Shown piece after piece: positions 38,857 through 48,849 of a DNA stretch of 64,000 nucleotides. Position 1 is the first letter of the stretch, and each line of letters begins with the position of its first letter. This DNA is from Candidatus Eiseniibacteriota bacterium. Its GTDB lineage: Bacteria; Eisenbacteria; RBG-16-71-46. The notes beneath the pieces are model-generated. The model ran no database searches, had not been told where the DNA came from, and saw only the letters and a program-made list of their open reading frames with translations. Made by a program: the position numbers and the translations under genes. The stretch covers positions 1,280,001 through 1,344,000 of the forward strand of contig OY970178.1 in the NCBI GenBank assembly GCA_963707915.1. The letters run 5' to 3'.

Positions 38857-39960
38857 CTACGACAGCGCCGCCTTCATGAGGCGATCCACCACGCGGGGGA
38901 CGAGGCACAGCGAGCGCGTGAGACCCCGGCGCAGCCGTGGATGGCGCGACAGCGCGAGCATCGTGCGCGCGATGGACGCGTGCCGGCGGAAGGCGCTCTC
39001 GAACTCCCGCGCGAAGGGTTCGAGCGAGCCCTTGGTCGCCCCTTGCGCCAGGGCGCCCGGCAGGAGCCTGCCGAGCGCGGCGGCACAGGAGAAGGCGAGC
39101 GTGACCCCTTCCGCCGTGATGGCGTCTTCGAATCCGGCGGCGTCACCCACCAGCACGAGCCGGTCGGCGACGGGCGTACGGCAACGTTGCGCGAAGGGCC
39201 CGGCCCCCTTCGCGTCCGAATCGGGCTCGCTGTCGCCGACGCGCTCGGCCACGCGCGGGAAGAGCGCGAGGAAGGCATCGAAGTCCGGCTCGACCCCGAC
39301 CGCCCCCGGTTCCCACAGGAAGGCGATTCCGATGCGCCGGTCCCCCGCCGGCGTCACGAAGGCCTCGATGCCCGGCCGCAGGTGCACTTCCACGGCGCGC
39401 CCCCACGGTGCGATCCGGAAGTGCCGCCGCAGACCGAAGCGACGCGGTGAGGCGAGGGGACGATCGAGCCCTGCCGCACGGCGGATCGGCGAGTGGAGTC
39501 CATCCGCGGCCACGAGTAGCGCCGCGCGAACCTCCTCCCCGTCGGTCTGCAGCGCGACTCCCTCCGCCGTCCGCGCGTGGCGGCGCACCGGGCATCCGAA
39601 GCTCAACTCCGCCCCGCATTCCGCCGCCCGCCGGGCCAGGGCGGCGGTCAGCGCCGTCCGGCGCACGCCCAGCGCGCCCGGCGCCGGGAGGCGGCCTTCC
39701 ACCGGGCGCCCGTCCGCTTCGATCCAGCGGATGGTCTCGATGGGCGTGCAGTCGGCGGGGCCAAGCAGGGGCCGCACCCCCGCAGCCTCGAGCCAGGTCA
39801 CGCCCCGGGGCATCAAGCCCTCGCCGCACGCCTTGTCGGGGGGCCCGGACGAGCGCTCGAGGACGACCGTGGCAAGGCCGCGGCGCGCGGACTCGATGGC
39901 GACGGCGAGGCCCGCGGGCCCGGCGCCCACGATCGCCACGTCGTACCCGGCGCCGCTCAC
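38857..39960 (-). CDS. FAD-dependent oxidoreductase (geranylgeranyl reductase/monooxygenase-like)
   Basis: DVAIVGAGPAG, DKACGEG, VAADG and LVGDAAG motifs. Confidence 0.9.
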   Translation of the reverse strand: MSGAGYDVAIVGAGPAGLAVAIESARRGLATVVLERSSGPPDKACGEGLMPRGVTWLEAAGVRPLLGPADCTPIETIRWIEADGRPVEGRLPAPGALGVRRTALTAALARRAAECGAELSFGCPVRRHARTAEGVALQTDGEEVRAALLVAADGLHSPIRRAAGLDRPLASPRRFGLRRHFRIAPWGRAVEVHLRPGIEAFVTPAGDRRIGIAFLWEPGAVGVEPDFDAFLALFPRVAERVGDSEPDSDAKGAGPFAQRCRTPVADRLVLVGDAAGFEDAITAEGVTLAFSCAAALGRLLPGALAQGATKGSLEPFAREFESAFRRHASIARTMLALSRHPRLRRGLTRSLCLVPRVVDRLMKAALS

Positions 39961-41735
39961 CCGGGCTCGGACCGCGGCCCCGACCGGGCGCGAGCGAAGC
40001 CCAGCGCGGAGCGCACGAGCGCGCCGGCCACGCGCAGCGGGCCGGCCTCCGCGGCGGGCACGAGCGCCCCGGAGAGGTGGAGTTCGAGCGCGTGCGCCCG
40101 GCGCAGCTTGCCGCTCGAGGTGCGCGGTAGCGTCCCGGGCGCGAGCAGCGCGACCGTGTGCGGCGCGACGCCGGTGGCCCCGAGCACCGCGTCCCTGGCC
40201 CGCGCCACCACCAACCCGTCGGCCGCGGTCGGGCGATCCGGGTCCCGCTCGGCGAGGATGAGGAGGACCTCGGCATCCTCGCCGCGCGGCGTGAAGCCGA
40301 CTGCGATCGCGCAGCCAGGCCTGATCCCCGCGACCCCGGCCAGGCAGTCCTCGAACTCCTGCGGATCGTGGTTGGCCCCGCGGATGATGACCAGGTCCTT
40401 CGCGCGGCCGGAGATGTAGAGCTCCCCGTCGGCGATGAATCCGAGATCGCCGGTGTCGAGCCAGCCGTCGCTCAGCGCCGCGGCCGTGGCCTCGGGACGG
40501 CCGACGTAGCCGGACATGAGCGATGGGCTCTTCAGGTACACGCGCCCGACGCGGCGCTCGGGACGGATCCCGGTGTCGGGACCGCGCACTTCGATCTCGA
40601 CCCCGGGGACCGGCACCCCGACGGAGACGATCGCCCGGCCGCCTTCGACCACCTCCCCGGTTCGAGCCAGACGGGCGCCGTCGACCTGCATCGCCCGCAC
40701 CGGACGGCCGACCGGACAGAAGGTCACGGCGAGCGCGGCCTCCGACAGGCCGTAGACCGGGCAGACGACCTCCGGGTCGAGACCGTGCGCCGCGAAGCGC
40801 CGGGCGAAGCGCTGGACCGTGTCGTGGGAGATCGGCTCGGCTCCACAGGTGAGGAGCCGCAGGCTGGAGAGATCCACGCCGTCGAGTTCCGCCTCCGGGA
40901 TGCGACGCGTGCACATCCCGAGGGCGAAGGGCGGAGACGGCGTGAGGGTGGCGCGGTGACGGGCGATCGCGCGCAGCCACAGCGCGGGGCGCGCGAGGAA
41001 GTGCTCCGGCGGGATGAGGACCAGCGGCCCGGGGACGTAGGCGGCTAGCAGCGGCCCGGCGATGAGCCCCATGTCATGGTAGAGCGGCAGCCACGATACC
41101 CCGCGGGCCTCGTCCTTCCCGCCCTGCGGCAGCATCGCGTCGAGCATCGCGCACTGGCTCACGACCGCGCGGTGCGTGAGCCCCACCGGCTTCGGCTCGA
41201 CGGTGGCGCCCGAGGAGAACTGGATGAGCGCGAGGTCGTCGGGCATGGGCGCGGGCGCCGCCGGCCGCCCTGCCCCGCGCGGCAGCCCCTCGACGGTGCG
41301 GCACCCGAGCCGCGGCCGCGCCCGCTCGATGGTCTCGCCGAGCACGGTGCGGACCCGCGCATCGGTCAGCACGAGCGCCGCCTGCACCGCGCCGATCAGC
41401 CGTGCCGTGGCCGTGCCGTACTCGGCGAGCCGTCCGAGGCGTGCCGGCGGGTACAAGGGCACGGGAACGGCGCCGGCCAGCAGCACGCCGAAGAACGCGC
41501 TCACGAACCCCGGCGAGGTCGGCAGGACGAGCGCGACCCGCTCCTCGCGCTCCAGGCCCAGGGAGCGAAGTCCGGCCGCCACGCGCCCGGCCTGCTCGCG
41601 GATCTCGCCCCAGCCGAGCGTCACCTCGCGCTCGCGCAGGTCCACGAAGGTGAGTCCCGAGGGATGCCGGGCGGCCGCCTCCAGCACCTGGTCGAGCGTG
41701 CCGAAGCGCGGCGGCGGGAGCGGCGGGCCCTTCAC
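39957..41735 (-). CDS. Fatty acyl-AMP ligase (FAAL)
   Basis: IQFSSGATVEPK, SWLPLYHDMGLI, YGLSEA, DTGDLG, GRAKD and PRTSSGK motifs. Confidence 0.9.
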   Translation of the reverse strand: MKGPPLPPPRFGTLDQVLEAAARHPSGLTFVDLREREVTLGWGEIREQAGRVAAGLRSLGLEREERVALVLPTSPGFVSAFFGVLLAGAVPVPLYPPARLGRLAEYGTATARLIGAVQAALVLTDARVRTVLGETIERARPRLGCRTVEGLPRGAGRPAAPAPMPDDLALIQFSSGATVEPKPVGLTHRAVVSQCAMLDAMLPQGGKDEARGVSWLPLYHDMGLIAGPLLAAYVPGPLVLIPPEHFLARPALWLRAIARHRATLTPSPPFALGMCTRRIPEAELDGVDLSSLRLLTCGAEPISHDTVQRFARRFAAHGLDPEVVCPVYGLSEAALAVTFCPVGRPVRAMQVDGARLARTGEVVEGGRAIVSVGVPVPGVEIEVRGPDTGIRPERRVGRVYLKSPSLMSGYVGRPEATAAALSDGWLDTGDLGFIADGELYISGRAKDLVIIRGANHDPQEFEDCLAGVAGIRPGCAIAVGFTPRGEDAEVLLILAERDPDRPTAADGLVVARARDAVLGATGVAPHTVALLAPGTLPRTSSGKLRRAHALELHLSGALVPAAEAGPLRVAGALVRSALGFARARSGPRSEPG

Positions 41736-41986
41736 GAGGCGCCCTCCTCCACTCGCCGGGCCACCAGCCGGACCAGGTCGCCGACCGTCTCGACGCGCGC
41801 GGCATCCGAGTCGGAGAGCAGGACGTGGAAGCGGTCCTCGAGGGCCACCGCGAGCGTGAGCGCACCGACCGAATCGAGCCGGAGGTCCCGAACCAGGTGA
41901 TGCCCGACCTCGACCGGGAGCGCGATCCGGAGATCGGCGGCGACGCGGCGGACCTCGGCCAGGATCTCGGCCTCGAGTTCAGGCAC
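41732..41986 (-). CDS. Acyl carrier protein
   Basis: DLRLDSV phosphopantetheine site, LEDRF and TVGDL. Confidence 0.9.
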   Translation of the reverse strand: MPELEAEILAEVRRVAADLRIALPVEVGHHLVRDLRLDSVGALTLAVALEDRFHVLLSDSDAARVETVGDLVRLVARRVEEGAS

Positions 41987-42551
41987 GGTGCCTCCCCGGC
42001 AGGAGCCGCGGCCGGCGGGCGAAGGCCGCCTGCCACGCGCCCCCCAGCGCCTGCTCCTCGCCGCGGATGCGCGCGACCAGGAGGGCGGCGTTGACGGCCG
42101 AAGCCGCGAGCGCGACCAGCCAGGCCCCGTGGACCAGCGGCAGCGCGGCGACCTCGACGATGACGGCGAGGTAGTTCGGGTGGCGCTGCAGGCGGTAGGG
42201 CCCGACGACGACGGGCGACGCGCCCGGCACGACGATGATCCGGGTCGTCCATCGTCCGGCCAGCGTGCGGATGCACCACCACCGGAGCGCTTGCGCCCCG
42301 AGCACGAGGACGAGGGCGCCCCAGCCGAGGAGACCGGGAAACGGACGGCGCAGCCACAGGACCTCCGCCACGCAGGCTGCCGGAAAGACCGCGTGGAAGA
42401 CAACCATGGCCGGGTAGTGAGCGCGACCGGTTTCCGTGCCCCCCATCGACAGCATCCGGCGGGCGTTGCGTCCCGAGACCAGGAGTTCCACCAGCCGTTC
42501 GGCATAGACCGCGCCGATCAGGACCAGGAACCACGCGACCGAGGTCACCAT
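41979..42551 (-). CDS. Isoprenylcysteine carboxyl methyltransferase family (SrsB/BpsB-like)
   Basis: ERLVEL..S.RN, WTTRI, GPYR..RHPNY and RIRGEE motifs. Confidence 0.9.
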   Translation of the reverse strand: MVTSVAWFLVLIGAVYAERLVELLVSGRNARRMLSMGGTETGRAHYPAMVVFHAVFPAACVAEVLWLRRPFPGLLGWGALVLVLGAQALRWWCIRTLAGRWTTRIIVVPGASPVVVGPYRLQRHPNYLAVIVEVAALPLVHGAWLVALAASAVNAALLVARIRGEEQALGGAWQAAFARRPRLLPGRHRA

Positions 42552-43630
42552 CGCAGCAGCACCAGTTCGGCGCAGAAGCCCGGCCCCATGGCCGCCAGCA
42601 GGCCGAGGTCGCCCGGCCGGGCCTCCCCCGACTCGAGCAGCTCGCCCAGCACGAACAAGACCGCCGCGGATGACAGGTTGCCGACCTCGGCGAGTGAACG
42701 GTGCGAGCGCGCGAGCGCCGCGGGCGGCAGCCCGAGCGCGTCCTCGAAGGCGTGCAGGACCCTCGGCCCGCCCGTGTGGGCCAGCCAGTGACGGATGTCC
42801 GCGCGCGAGCGCCCATGTCGCGCCAGGAAACGGTCCACATCCCCACCGACACGCGCGCGGACGACGTCCGGCACGCTGGCCGAGAGCACGATCTTGAAGC
42901 CACTGTCCACGATGTCCCACCCCATCACGCGCTCGGTGTCACGATAGAAGGAGGACGCGGACGCGACGACGCGCGGGCCGTCGTCCGAACGCGAGGGGCC
43001 CGTCAGCACGGCCGCAGCAGCGCCGTCCCCGAAGAGACCCGAGGCGATGATGTTGGGGATCGAGAGGTCCTCACGCTGGAGGGTCAGTGAGCAGAGCTCG
43101 ACCGAGAGCACGACGGCGACGCCGCCGGGAGCGGACGCCAGCCAATCCGCCGCGCGGCCCAGCGCGGCCGCGCCCCCGGCGCAACCGAGACCGAAGAGCG
43201 GCGAGCGGCGCACGTCGGTACGCAGGCCCAGGCGGTTGACGAGCAGGGCATCGACGCTGGGGGTCGCGAGGCCGGTCGTGGTCACGAAGAAGAGGTGGTC
43301 CACGTCGTGCGGCGCCAGGCCGGCGCTCCGCAGCGCCTCTCCCACGGCTTGTGCCCCGATCTCGACCGCGCAGCGCCGCCACGCCTCGTTCCGCGCGGCG
43401 AACGAGACCAGGCCCGGGTACTCGCCGATGGGCAACGCCAGGTACCTGCCCTTCACCTGGACGGCACGGTGGAGTTCTGCCAGCCGCTCGACGTTGAAGT
43501 GGGCGCCGGCCCAGGCGTGCCGGAACGCCGCGATCAGCGTCTCCTGGTCCGCGTAGTGGGGGGGCAGCGCGCGCGCCACCGCGCGGATCCGCGGCGGGCT
43601 GGGGGCTACGCCTTGACCGGAGGGAGTCAC
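42545..43630 (-). CDS. Type III polyketide synthase (SrsA/BpsA-like)
   Basis: Catalytic triad in context: FGLGCAGG, HTGG and GNLSS. Also LFGDG and MGPGF. Confidence 0.94.
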   Translation of the reverse strand: MTPSGQGVAPSPPRIRAVARALPPHYADQETLIAAFRHAWAGAHFNVERLAELHRAVQVKGRYLALPIGEYPGLVSFAARNEAWRRCAVEIGAQAVGEALRSAGLAPHDVDHLFFVTTTGLATPSVDALLVNRLGLRTDVRRSPLFGLGCAGGAAALGRAADWLASAPGGVAVVLSVELCSLTLQREDLSIPNIIASGLFGDGAAAAVLTGPSRSDDGPRVVASASSFYRDTERVMGWDIVDSGFKIVLSASVPDVVRARVGGDVDRFLARHGRSRADIRHWLAHTGGPRVLHAFEDALGLPPAALARSHRSLAEVGNLSSAAVLFVLGELLESGEARPGDLGLLAAMGPGFCAELVLLRW

Positions 43631-43695
43631 ATGGTCTCCGAGCGGCTCGTGTTCGGATCGGGGTGCCGTCCGCGGCTCGCGGACCCACCCCCGGA

Positions 43696-44481
43696 CTATC
43701 GCACGTTCCGCCGCAGGTCGGCGAGCGCGCGCCGGGCCTTCGCCCGGTACTGCTCATCGGTGATCCAGGTGGTGCGCAGGCCCAGCGCGCCTTCGAGCTC
43801 CACTTGCGCCTCCCGGTAGCGACGGGCCGCCGCCAGGGTGATGCCCAGCTCGACGTGGTGCGGGATGACCTCGGGGCGCAGGGCCGCGGCCCTGCCGAGA
43901 TGATCGAGGGCCGCGTCGAGCGAAGCCTGCGGCAGCCTGCCGTAGAGCACGGTGGCGAAGAACCGGAGGATCCCCGGCAACCCAACGACCTCCCGGTTCC
44001 AGACGCCGAGGACGTGGTGCGCCAGGTCCTCGTTTGGATCGAGCGCCAGCGCCGTGTCCGCCTCGGCCTCGATCTCGCGCGACAGCCGCACCTTGCGCTT
44101 CCCGCCCTCGAAGAGCGCGAGCTTGCCGAGCGCGATCGCGAGGAAGACATGACCCTTCGCACCACCCGGCTCCAGGGCCACGGCCGCACGCGCCAGTGAC
44201 TCCGCCTGCTGGCAGAGGCGCTTCTGGTCAGCCGCCTTCGTGCTCAGGGTCGCCTGGTCGGCCAGGGCCCGGGCGAGTTTCCAGGCCGCCTCGTAGCTCG
44301 CCGGGGCGATGCGATGCGCCTGACCGTAGGCGGCGCTCGCCGCGTCCAGGTCCAGCACGGCGAGCGAGGAATCCCCCGCCGCCAGGAGCACGGCGACCGT
44401 CGGGTCCCGGGCGGGCGGTGACGCACCGGCCGGCGCGACGAACCCGGCAAGCAGCAGGACGGTCGCGCAGCTCCTCACCAT
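43696..44481 (-). CDS. Exported TPR protein, RMDN/FAM82-like
   Basis: Signal peptide; WKLARA, GHVFLAIALG, ALALDP..AHHVLGVW and FATVLYGRLPQAS motifs. Confidence 0.75.
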   Translation of the reverse strand: MVRSCATVLLLAGFVAPAGASPPARDPTVAVLLAAGDSSLAVLDLDAASAAYGQAHRIAPASYEAAWKLARALADQATLSTKAADQKRLCQQAESLARAAVALEPGGAKGHVFLAIALGKLALFEGGKRKVRLSREIEAEADTALALDPNEDLAHHVLGVWNREVVGLPGILRFFATVLYGRLPQASLDAALDHLGRAAALRPEVIPHHVELGITLAAARRYREAQVELEGALGLRTTWITDEQYRAKARRALADLRRNVR

Positions 44482-44665
44482 GCCCAGGCACCTGGACGGG
44501 CCGTCCGGACGCGACGCGGCGCAACTCGTCGACACGGTCTCCCTCCCTTCACCCGGACCCAGGCAGGTGTACGTGCCCGGTTGGATGCCCGAGCGGGGGC
44601 GGAACGATGCACGGAACCGTAACCCCGGCTGGACGCCCCCGCCGGCGACGACAGTCGCCAGGCGG

Positions 44666-45439
44666 TCAGAGCTTCGCGGGTGGAACCTCGCTGGCGAGCG
44701 CGATCTTCGTGTAGCCGCGCGGCACGGTCCAGGCCGAATCCGGGATCCTGGCCCCGATCACTCGCACGGCCTCCCAGTGGAAGCTGCCGTTCATCGTCGG
44801 CGTGGTGAAGTTCACCGACGCGGCCAGGCACAATCCGGTCGCGTCCTGCGTCTCCCAGAACATGGTCATGATCGCGCGCGCGACCGGGTCCAGGACCGCG
44901 GCAAGGACGACGTCGTCGGTAGTCTCGTCGTAGGGCTCGATCTGGAGCGAAGCGGCCGTCCAGCGTTCCACCGCCATCTCGGGGCCGGCCCGGATCGTCC
45001 ATCGATTGCAGGGATAGCCGGCGATCATCTTCGTCTTGAACCCGTCGTCCATCTGGATCGAATCGGGCGAGAAGTCCACGTCCCGGGCCCATTCCGACTT
45101 CAACTCCTCGTTGGCGTCCCGCAGCATCATGTCCCAGCGGCTGCCGTCCGTGACGTCCACGATGCTGTCCGCCCGGGCCAGGGGCCCTTCCCAGTAGACC
45201 CTGCGCCGGTGGTCGATGAGCGTGATGCGCTGGTCCTTCGAGTCGAAGACCACCTCCCGGCCGTCGGGAGTCGAGACCCGGATCCTCCGCGAGGTGAAGT
45301 AGCTGGCGCGGGTGGCGGTGTCACCGTCCACGAACGTGAAGCTCCCGATGACGGTGATGTCGGCGCGCACCGGCTGGGCCGCGAACATCGCGAGGCCCGC
45401 GCAGGTGAGACCCAAACGGGCTACGGAAGCGAGACGCAT
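44666..45439 (-). CDS. Exported DUF4412-like protein
   Basis: Signal peptide, LIDH..RVY, KMIAGYPC and C-terminal IPDSAWTVPRGY. Confidence 0.72.
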   Translation of the reverse strand: MRLASVARLGLTCAGLAMFAAQPVRADITVIGSFTFVDGDTATRASYFTSRRIRVSTPDGREVVFDSKDQRITLIDHRRRVYWEGPLARADSIVDVTDGSRWDMMLRDANEELKSEWARDVDFSPDSIQMDDGFKTKMIAGYPCNRWTIRAGPEMAVERWTAASLQIEPYDETTDDVVLAAVLDPVARAIMTMFWETQDATGLCLAASVNFTTPTMNGSFHWEAVRVIGARIPDSAWTVPRGYTKIALASEVPPAKL

Positions 45440-45614
45440 CGGTTCCTACCCCCTTCTGCCAACCATGGCTGCCCGAGAGACGTTCCTGCACCCGCAGGCG
45501 CCCGTGCGGCACGGACGCCTGCAGCTGCCTTCCTCGATCGACTCGTCCGGGGCCCCGGATGCGGATATCGCTCCTCAGGCGGCACCCGCGGCGAACCCGG
45601 CGGGCCGAGGGTCC

Positions 45615-46034
45615 TCAACGACGGCGCGAGCCGTGGCCCGAACCGGCAAAGCCGTGGTAGCCGAACCCCGGCCGCACGTGGACGGTGTGGTAGTACGGCG
45701 CGTAGAAGTCGAAATCGAAGTCCCAGGACCACGGCGAGTAGTACGGCCACCAGTAGTAACTGTCGCGGTAGACGCCTGCGTGGCCGCTGTCTTCCGTGCG
45801 CAACATGGCCAGGACGACGTCGTTGGACACCCCCGCCTCCTTGAGGACGTGGAAGTCCTTGGCGTCCAGGTCGAACCGCGTGTCGCCGTGCCTGATCTTC
45901 GCGATGATCAGCGAATCGGGGACCCCGTCCCGGCTCATCGTCACGACGTCCTTCACCCCGAAGGCCAGGGCGTCATGCGGCAGGAGGAAGGACAGGACAA
46001 GCCCGGCGGCCACCACGACCAGGGTGCGTTTCAT
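45615..46034 (-). CDS. Hypothetical exported protein
   Basis: Signal peptide, DVVTMSRDGVPDSLIIAKI..FDL..LKEAGVSNDVVLAM and an aromatic-rich tail. Confidence 0.75.
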   Translation of the reverse strand: MKRTLVVVAAGLVLSFLLPHDALAFGVKDVVTMSRDGVPDSLIIAKIRHGDTRFDLDAKDFHVLKEAGVSNDVVLAMLRTEDSGHAGVYRDSYYWWPYYSPWSWDFDFDFYAPYYHTVHVRPGFGYHGFAGSGHGSRRR

Positions 46035-46345
46035 AGGATGCCTCACTCTCCGCCCGGCCCCTGGCGAGCCCCTCGTGCTGTTCGCCAAGAGCCTGGCCGA
46101 CTGACCCTTGCGGCCCCGCCTTCGAGCAACCGCTGATGGGGCCGGCCGTTCCGCCGCCCCCGTTCCGGGGCCCCCGTTCGCCTCCTTCCGTCCCGGCGGT
46201 CCAGCGCCCCACGAGACCCGTTGCTCTCATCCATTTCGATACCGGATGTGCCCGGGCGGTGTCACGGGGAGGTGACAGGCGCATGGTATTTCGTGGCCGC
46301 GGCCGGCCACCGGCGGCACGTCCGAGAGGTGCGCGTCCCCGGCCG

Positions 46346-47125
46346 TCACTTCGCCAGTGTCTCCTCCAGGAAGTCGCGCATCGCGCGCCACGACCGCCGG
46401 TCGGCGGCCGCGTTGTAGGCGGCGCCCTTGCTGTTGTCGTCCCCCGCGCGCCGGTCCGTGAAGCTGTGGACGGCACCGCTGTACTGGACGACCTGCCAGT
46501 CCACGTGCCCCGCGCGCATCTCGTTCATGAAGGCCTGGACCTCGTCCTGCTTCACGAACGGGTCGTCGGCGCCGTGCAGCACGAGCACCTTGGCCCTGAT
46601 GTTCCTGGCGTCGCTCGTGTCGGCCGCCGACAGCGAGCCGTGGAAGGTGACGACCGCGCGCAGCGGCGCGCCGCTCCTCGCCAGCTCGAGGGCGCCGGCC
46701 CCGCCGAAGCAGTAGCCGATCGCCGCCAGTCGCGCCGGGTCCGCCTGCGGCTGCCCGGCGAGGCAGTCCAGCCCCGCGCGCACGCGGGACCGGAGCAGCG
46801 CGCGGTCCTTGTAGAAGCCGCCCGCCAGCGCCGCGGCCTCGTCCCGGTTCGCCGGCCGCACGCCCTTGCCGTAGACGTCCGCCGCGAGCGCCACGTAGCC
46901 GAGCGCCGCGAGTTGCTCCGCGCGCATCTTCTGGTAGTCCGATACCCCCATCCAGTCGTGCACGATCAGGATGGCGGGCCGCCTTCCCGCCACGGCGTCG
47001 TCGTACGACAGGTAGCCCTGGCAGGTGGTCTCGCCCTGCCGGTACTCGACCGTCCGGGTGATCACCTTGGCCATGGACACGCTCGAGATGGAGAGGAACG
47101 CGATCGACAGCAGGAGTCGCTTCAC
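46346..47125 (-). CDS. Dienelactone hydrolase family protein
   Basis: HDWMG, GYCFGG, HGADD and HSFT motifs. Confidence 0.92.
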   Translation of the reverse strand: MKRLLLSIAFLSISSVSMAKVITRTVEYRQGETTCQGYLSYDDAVAGRRPAILIVHDWMGVSDYQKMRAEQLAALGYVALAADVYGKGVRPANRDEAAALAGGFYKDRALLRSRVRAGLDCLAGQPQADPARLAAIGYCFGGAGALELARSGAPLRAVVTFHGSLSAADTSDARNIRAKVLVLHGADDPFVKQDEVQAFMNEMRAGHVDWQVVQYSGAVHSFTDRRAGDDNSKGAAYNAAADRRSWRAMRDFLEETLAK

Positions 47126-47173
47126 GGGACACCTCGCTTCGAGAGGCCGGCGGGCCGGCCGCTCCCCGCGCCG

Positions 47174-48634
47174 TCAGCCGCGCTGCGTCCGGGCGGAGAG
47201 CCCCCAGTAGAGCAGGCCGGCGGCGAAGAAGCCGACGAACCACGCGTAGGAATAGAGCGGCTTGAGCCCGGGCACGACCAGTCCACCCCACGCCAGGGCG
47301 CAGCCGACGACCGTCGCGACGACCGCCTTCCAGTTCCAGCCACCGCGATAGCGATAGATGCCGGTCGCGAGGTAAAGATCCTCGAGCACCAGCCGCCGCC
47401 TGCGGACCAGCCAGTAGTCGGCGATCAGCACCCCCGCGATCGAGCCCAGCCCGCCCGAGTAGCCGAGCAGCCAGGCGAAGATGTAGCCCGAGGGGTCGGC
47501 GAGCAACCGCCAGGGCTGCATCAGGATCCCGATGATCCCGGTGATCAACCCGCCGGTCTTGAAGCGGATCGCCCGCGGGAAGGCGTTCGCGAAGTCGTTC
47601 GCCGGGGACACCACGTTCGCGGCGATGTTGACCGCCAGCGTGGCGACCACCACGGTGAACATCGAGACCGCCACCACCACCGGCGACCGGAAGTTGCCGA
47701 CCAGCTGGACCGGGTCCCAGATCGCGCGGCCGTAGATCAGCACGGTCGCGCTGGTGATGAGCACGCCCATCCCGGCGAACACCGACATGGTCGTGGGCAG
47801 GGCGACCACCTGCCCGATCGCCTGGTCGCGCTGGCTCCGGCCGTAGCGCGTGAAGTCCGGCATGTTGAGCGACAGCGTCGCCCAGTAGCCGATCATCGCG
47901 GTGAGCGAGGGGACGAACACCGGCATCAACTCGCCGAAGGTGTGGAACCTACCGGGCTGCGCGAGCAGCGGGCCGAACCCGTGCGCCTGCCGCACCGCCC
48001 AGGCGAGGAGGACGCCCGCCATCACGAGCACGAAGGGCGCGGCCCAGTTCTCGACCTTCCGCAGCAGGTCGATGCCGCGGTAGATGATGAACACATTCAT
48101 CCCCCAGAACAGCAGGAACGCGAGCCAGGCCGTCGTCGTGTGCCCGCCGAAGCCCGGCCCGAGCAGGCCGTGCCAGCCCGGAACGAGTACCGCGGCGAGC
48201 GTGTCGAGCGCCTCGCCGCCGATCCACGACTGGATCCCGAACCAGCCGCAGGCGACCAGCGCCCTCATCAACGCGGGAAGGTTCGAGCCGATCGTCCCGT
48301 AGGCGGCTCGCGCGAACACCGGGAACGGGATGCCGTACTTGGTGCCCGGGTGCGAGTTCAGGAGGATCGGCACCAGCACGATGGTGTTGCCCAGCAGGAT
48401 CGTGGCCAGCGCCTGCATCCAGTTCATGCCCGCCACCATGAGGCCCGAGGCCAGCATGTAGGTCGGGATGCAGTGCGCCATGCTGATCCACAGCGCTGCG
48501 TAGTTGTAGGTCGTCCAGTTGCGGCCGCTCACCGGCACCGGAGCGAGGTCGGGGTTCGAGAGCGGGCTCGCCTGGATCCGCGTGGGATCCGCCAGCTCGA
48601 TGCGGCCGTCCGAATGCCGGATCTCGTTCGTCAT
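47174..48634 (-). CDS. NCS1 nucleobase:cation symporter
   Basis: GTKYGIPFPV, WFGIQ, WATLSLNMPDFTR, NIAAN and QPW motifs. Confidence 0.93.
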   Translation of the reverse strand: MTNEIRHSDGRIELADPTRIQASPLSNPDLAPVPVSGRNWTTYNYAALWISMAHCIPTYMLASGLMVAGMNWMQALATILLGNTIVLVPILLNSHPGTKYGIPFPVFARAAYGTIGSNLPALMRALVACGWFGIQSWIGGEALDTLAAVLVPGWHGLLGPGFGGHTTTAWLAFLLFWGMNVFIIYRGIDLLRKVENWAAPFVLVMAGVLLAWAVRQAHGFGPLLAQPGRFHTFGELMPVFVPSLTAMIGYWATLSLNMPDFTRYGRSQRDQAIGQVVALPTTMSVFAGMGVLITSATVLIYGRAIWDPVQLVGNFRSPVVVAVSMFTVVVATLAVNIAANVVSPANDFANAFPRAIRFKTGGLITGIIGILMQPWRLLADPSGYIFAWLLGYSGGLGSIAGVLIADYWLVRRRRLVLEDLYLATGIYRYRGGWNWKAVVATVVGCALAWGGLVVPGLKPLYSYAWFVGFFAAGLLYWGLSARTQRG

Positions 48635-48849
48635 CACCGTCGGTGCCTCCCGGTCGGCCGGTCCCCGTCGCTCCTCCGCGCTGGGCGCGCATCTTCGCAC
48701 AGCCGCGGTCCGGGCCGCGAGGGAAATCCGGGAACGGGGCAGGCGCGGAAGCGCCCCGTCAGGGGAGCACCGGAGGCGTGGAGGCGGGCGGAGGGCCGGG
48801 GTCCGCGCGGTGCGCGGCTCGGGTGGTTGATGCGGCGGCGGACCCCGGC

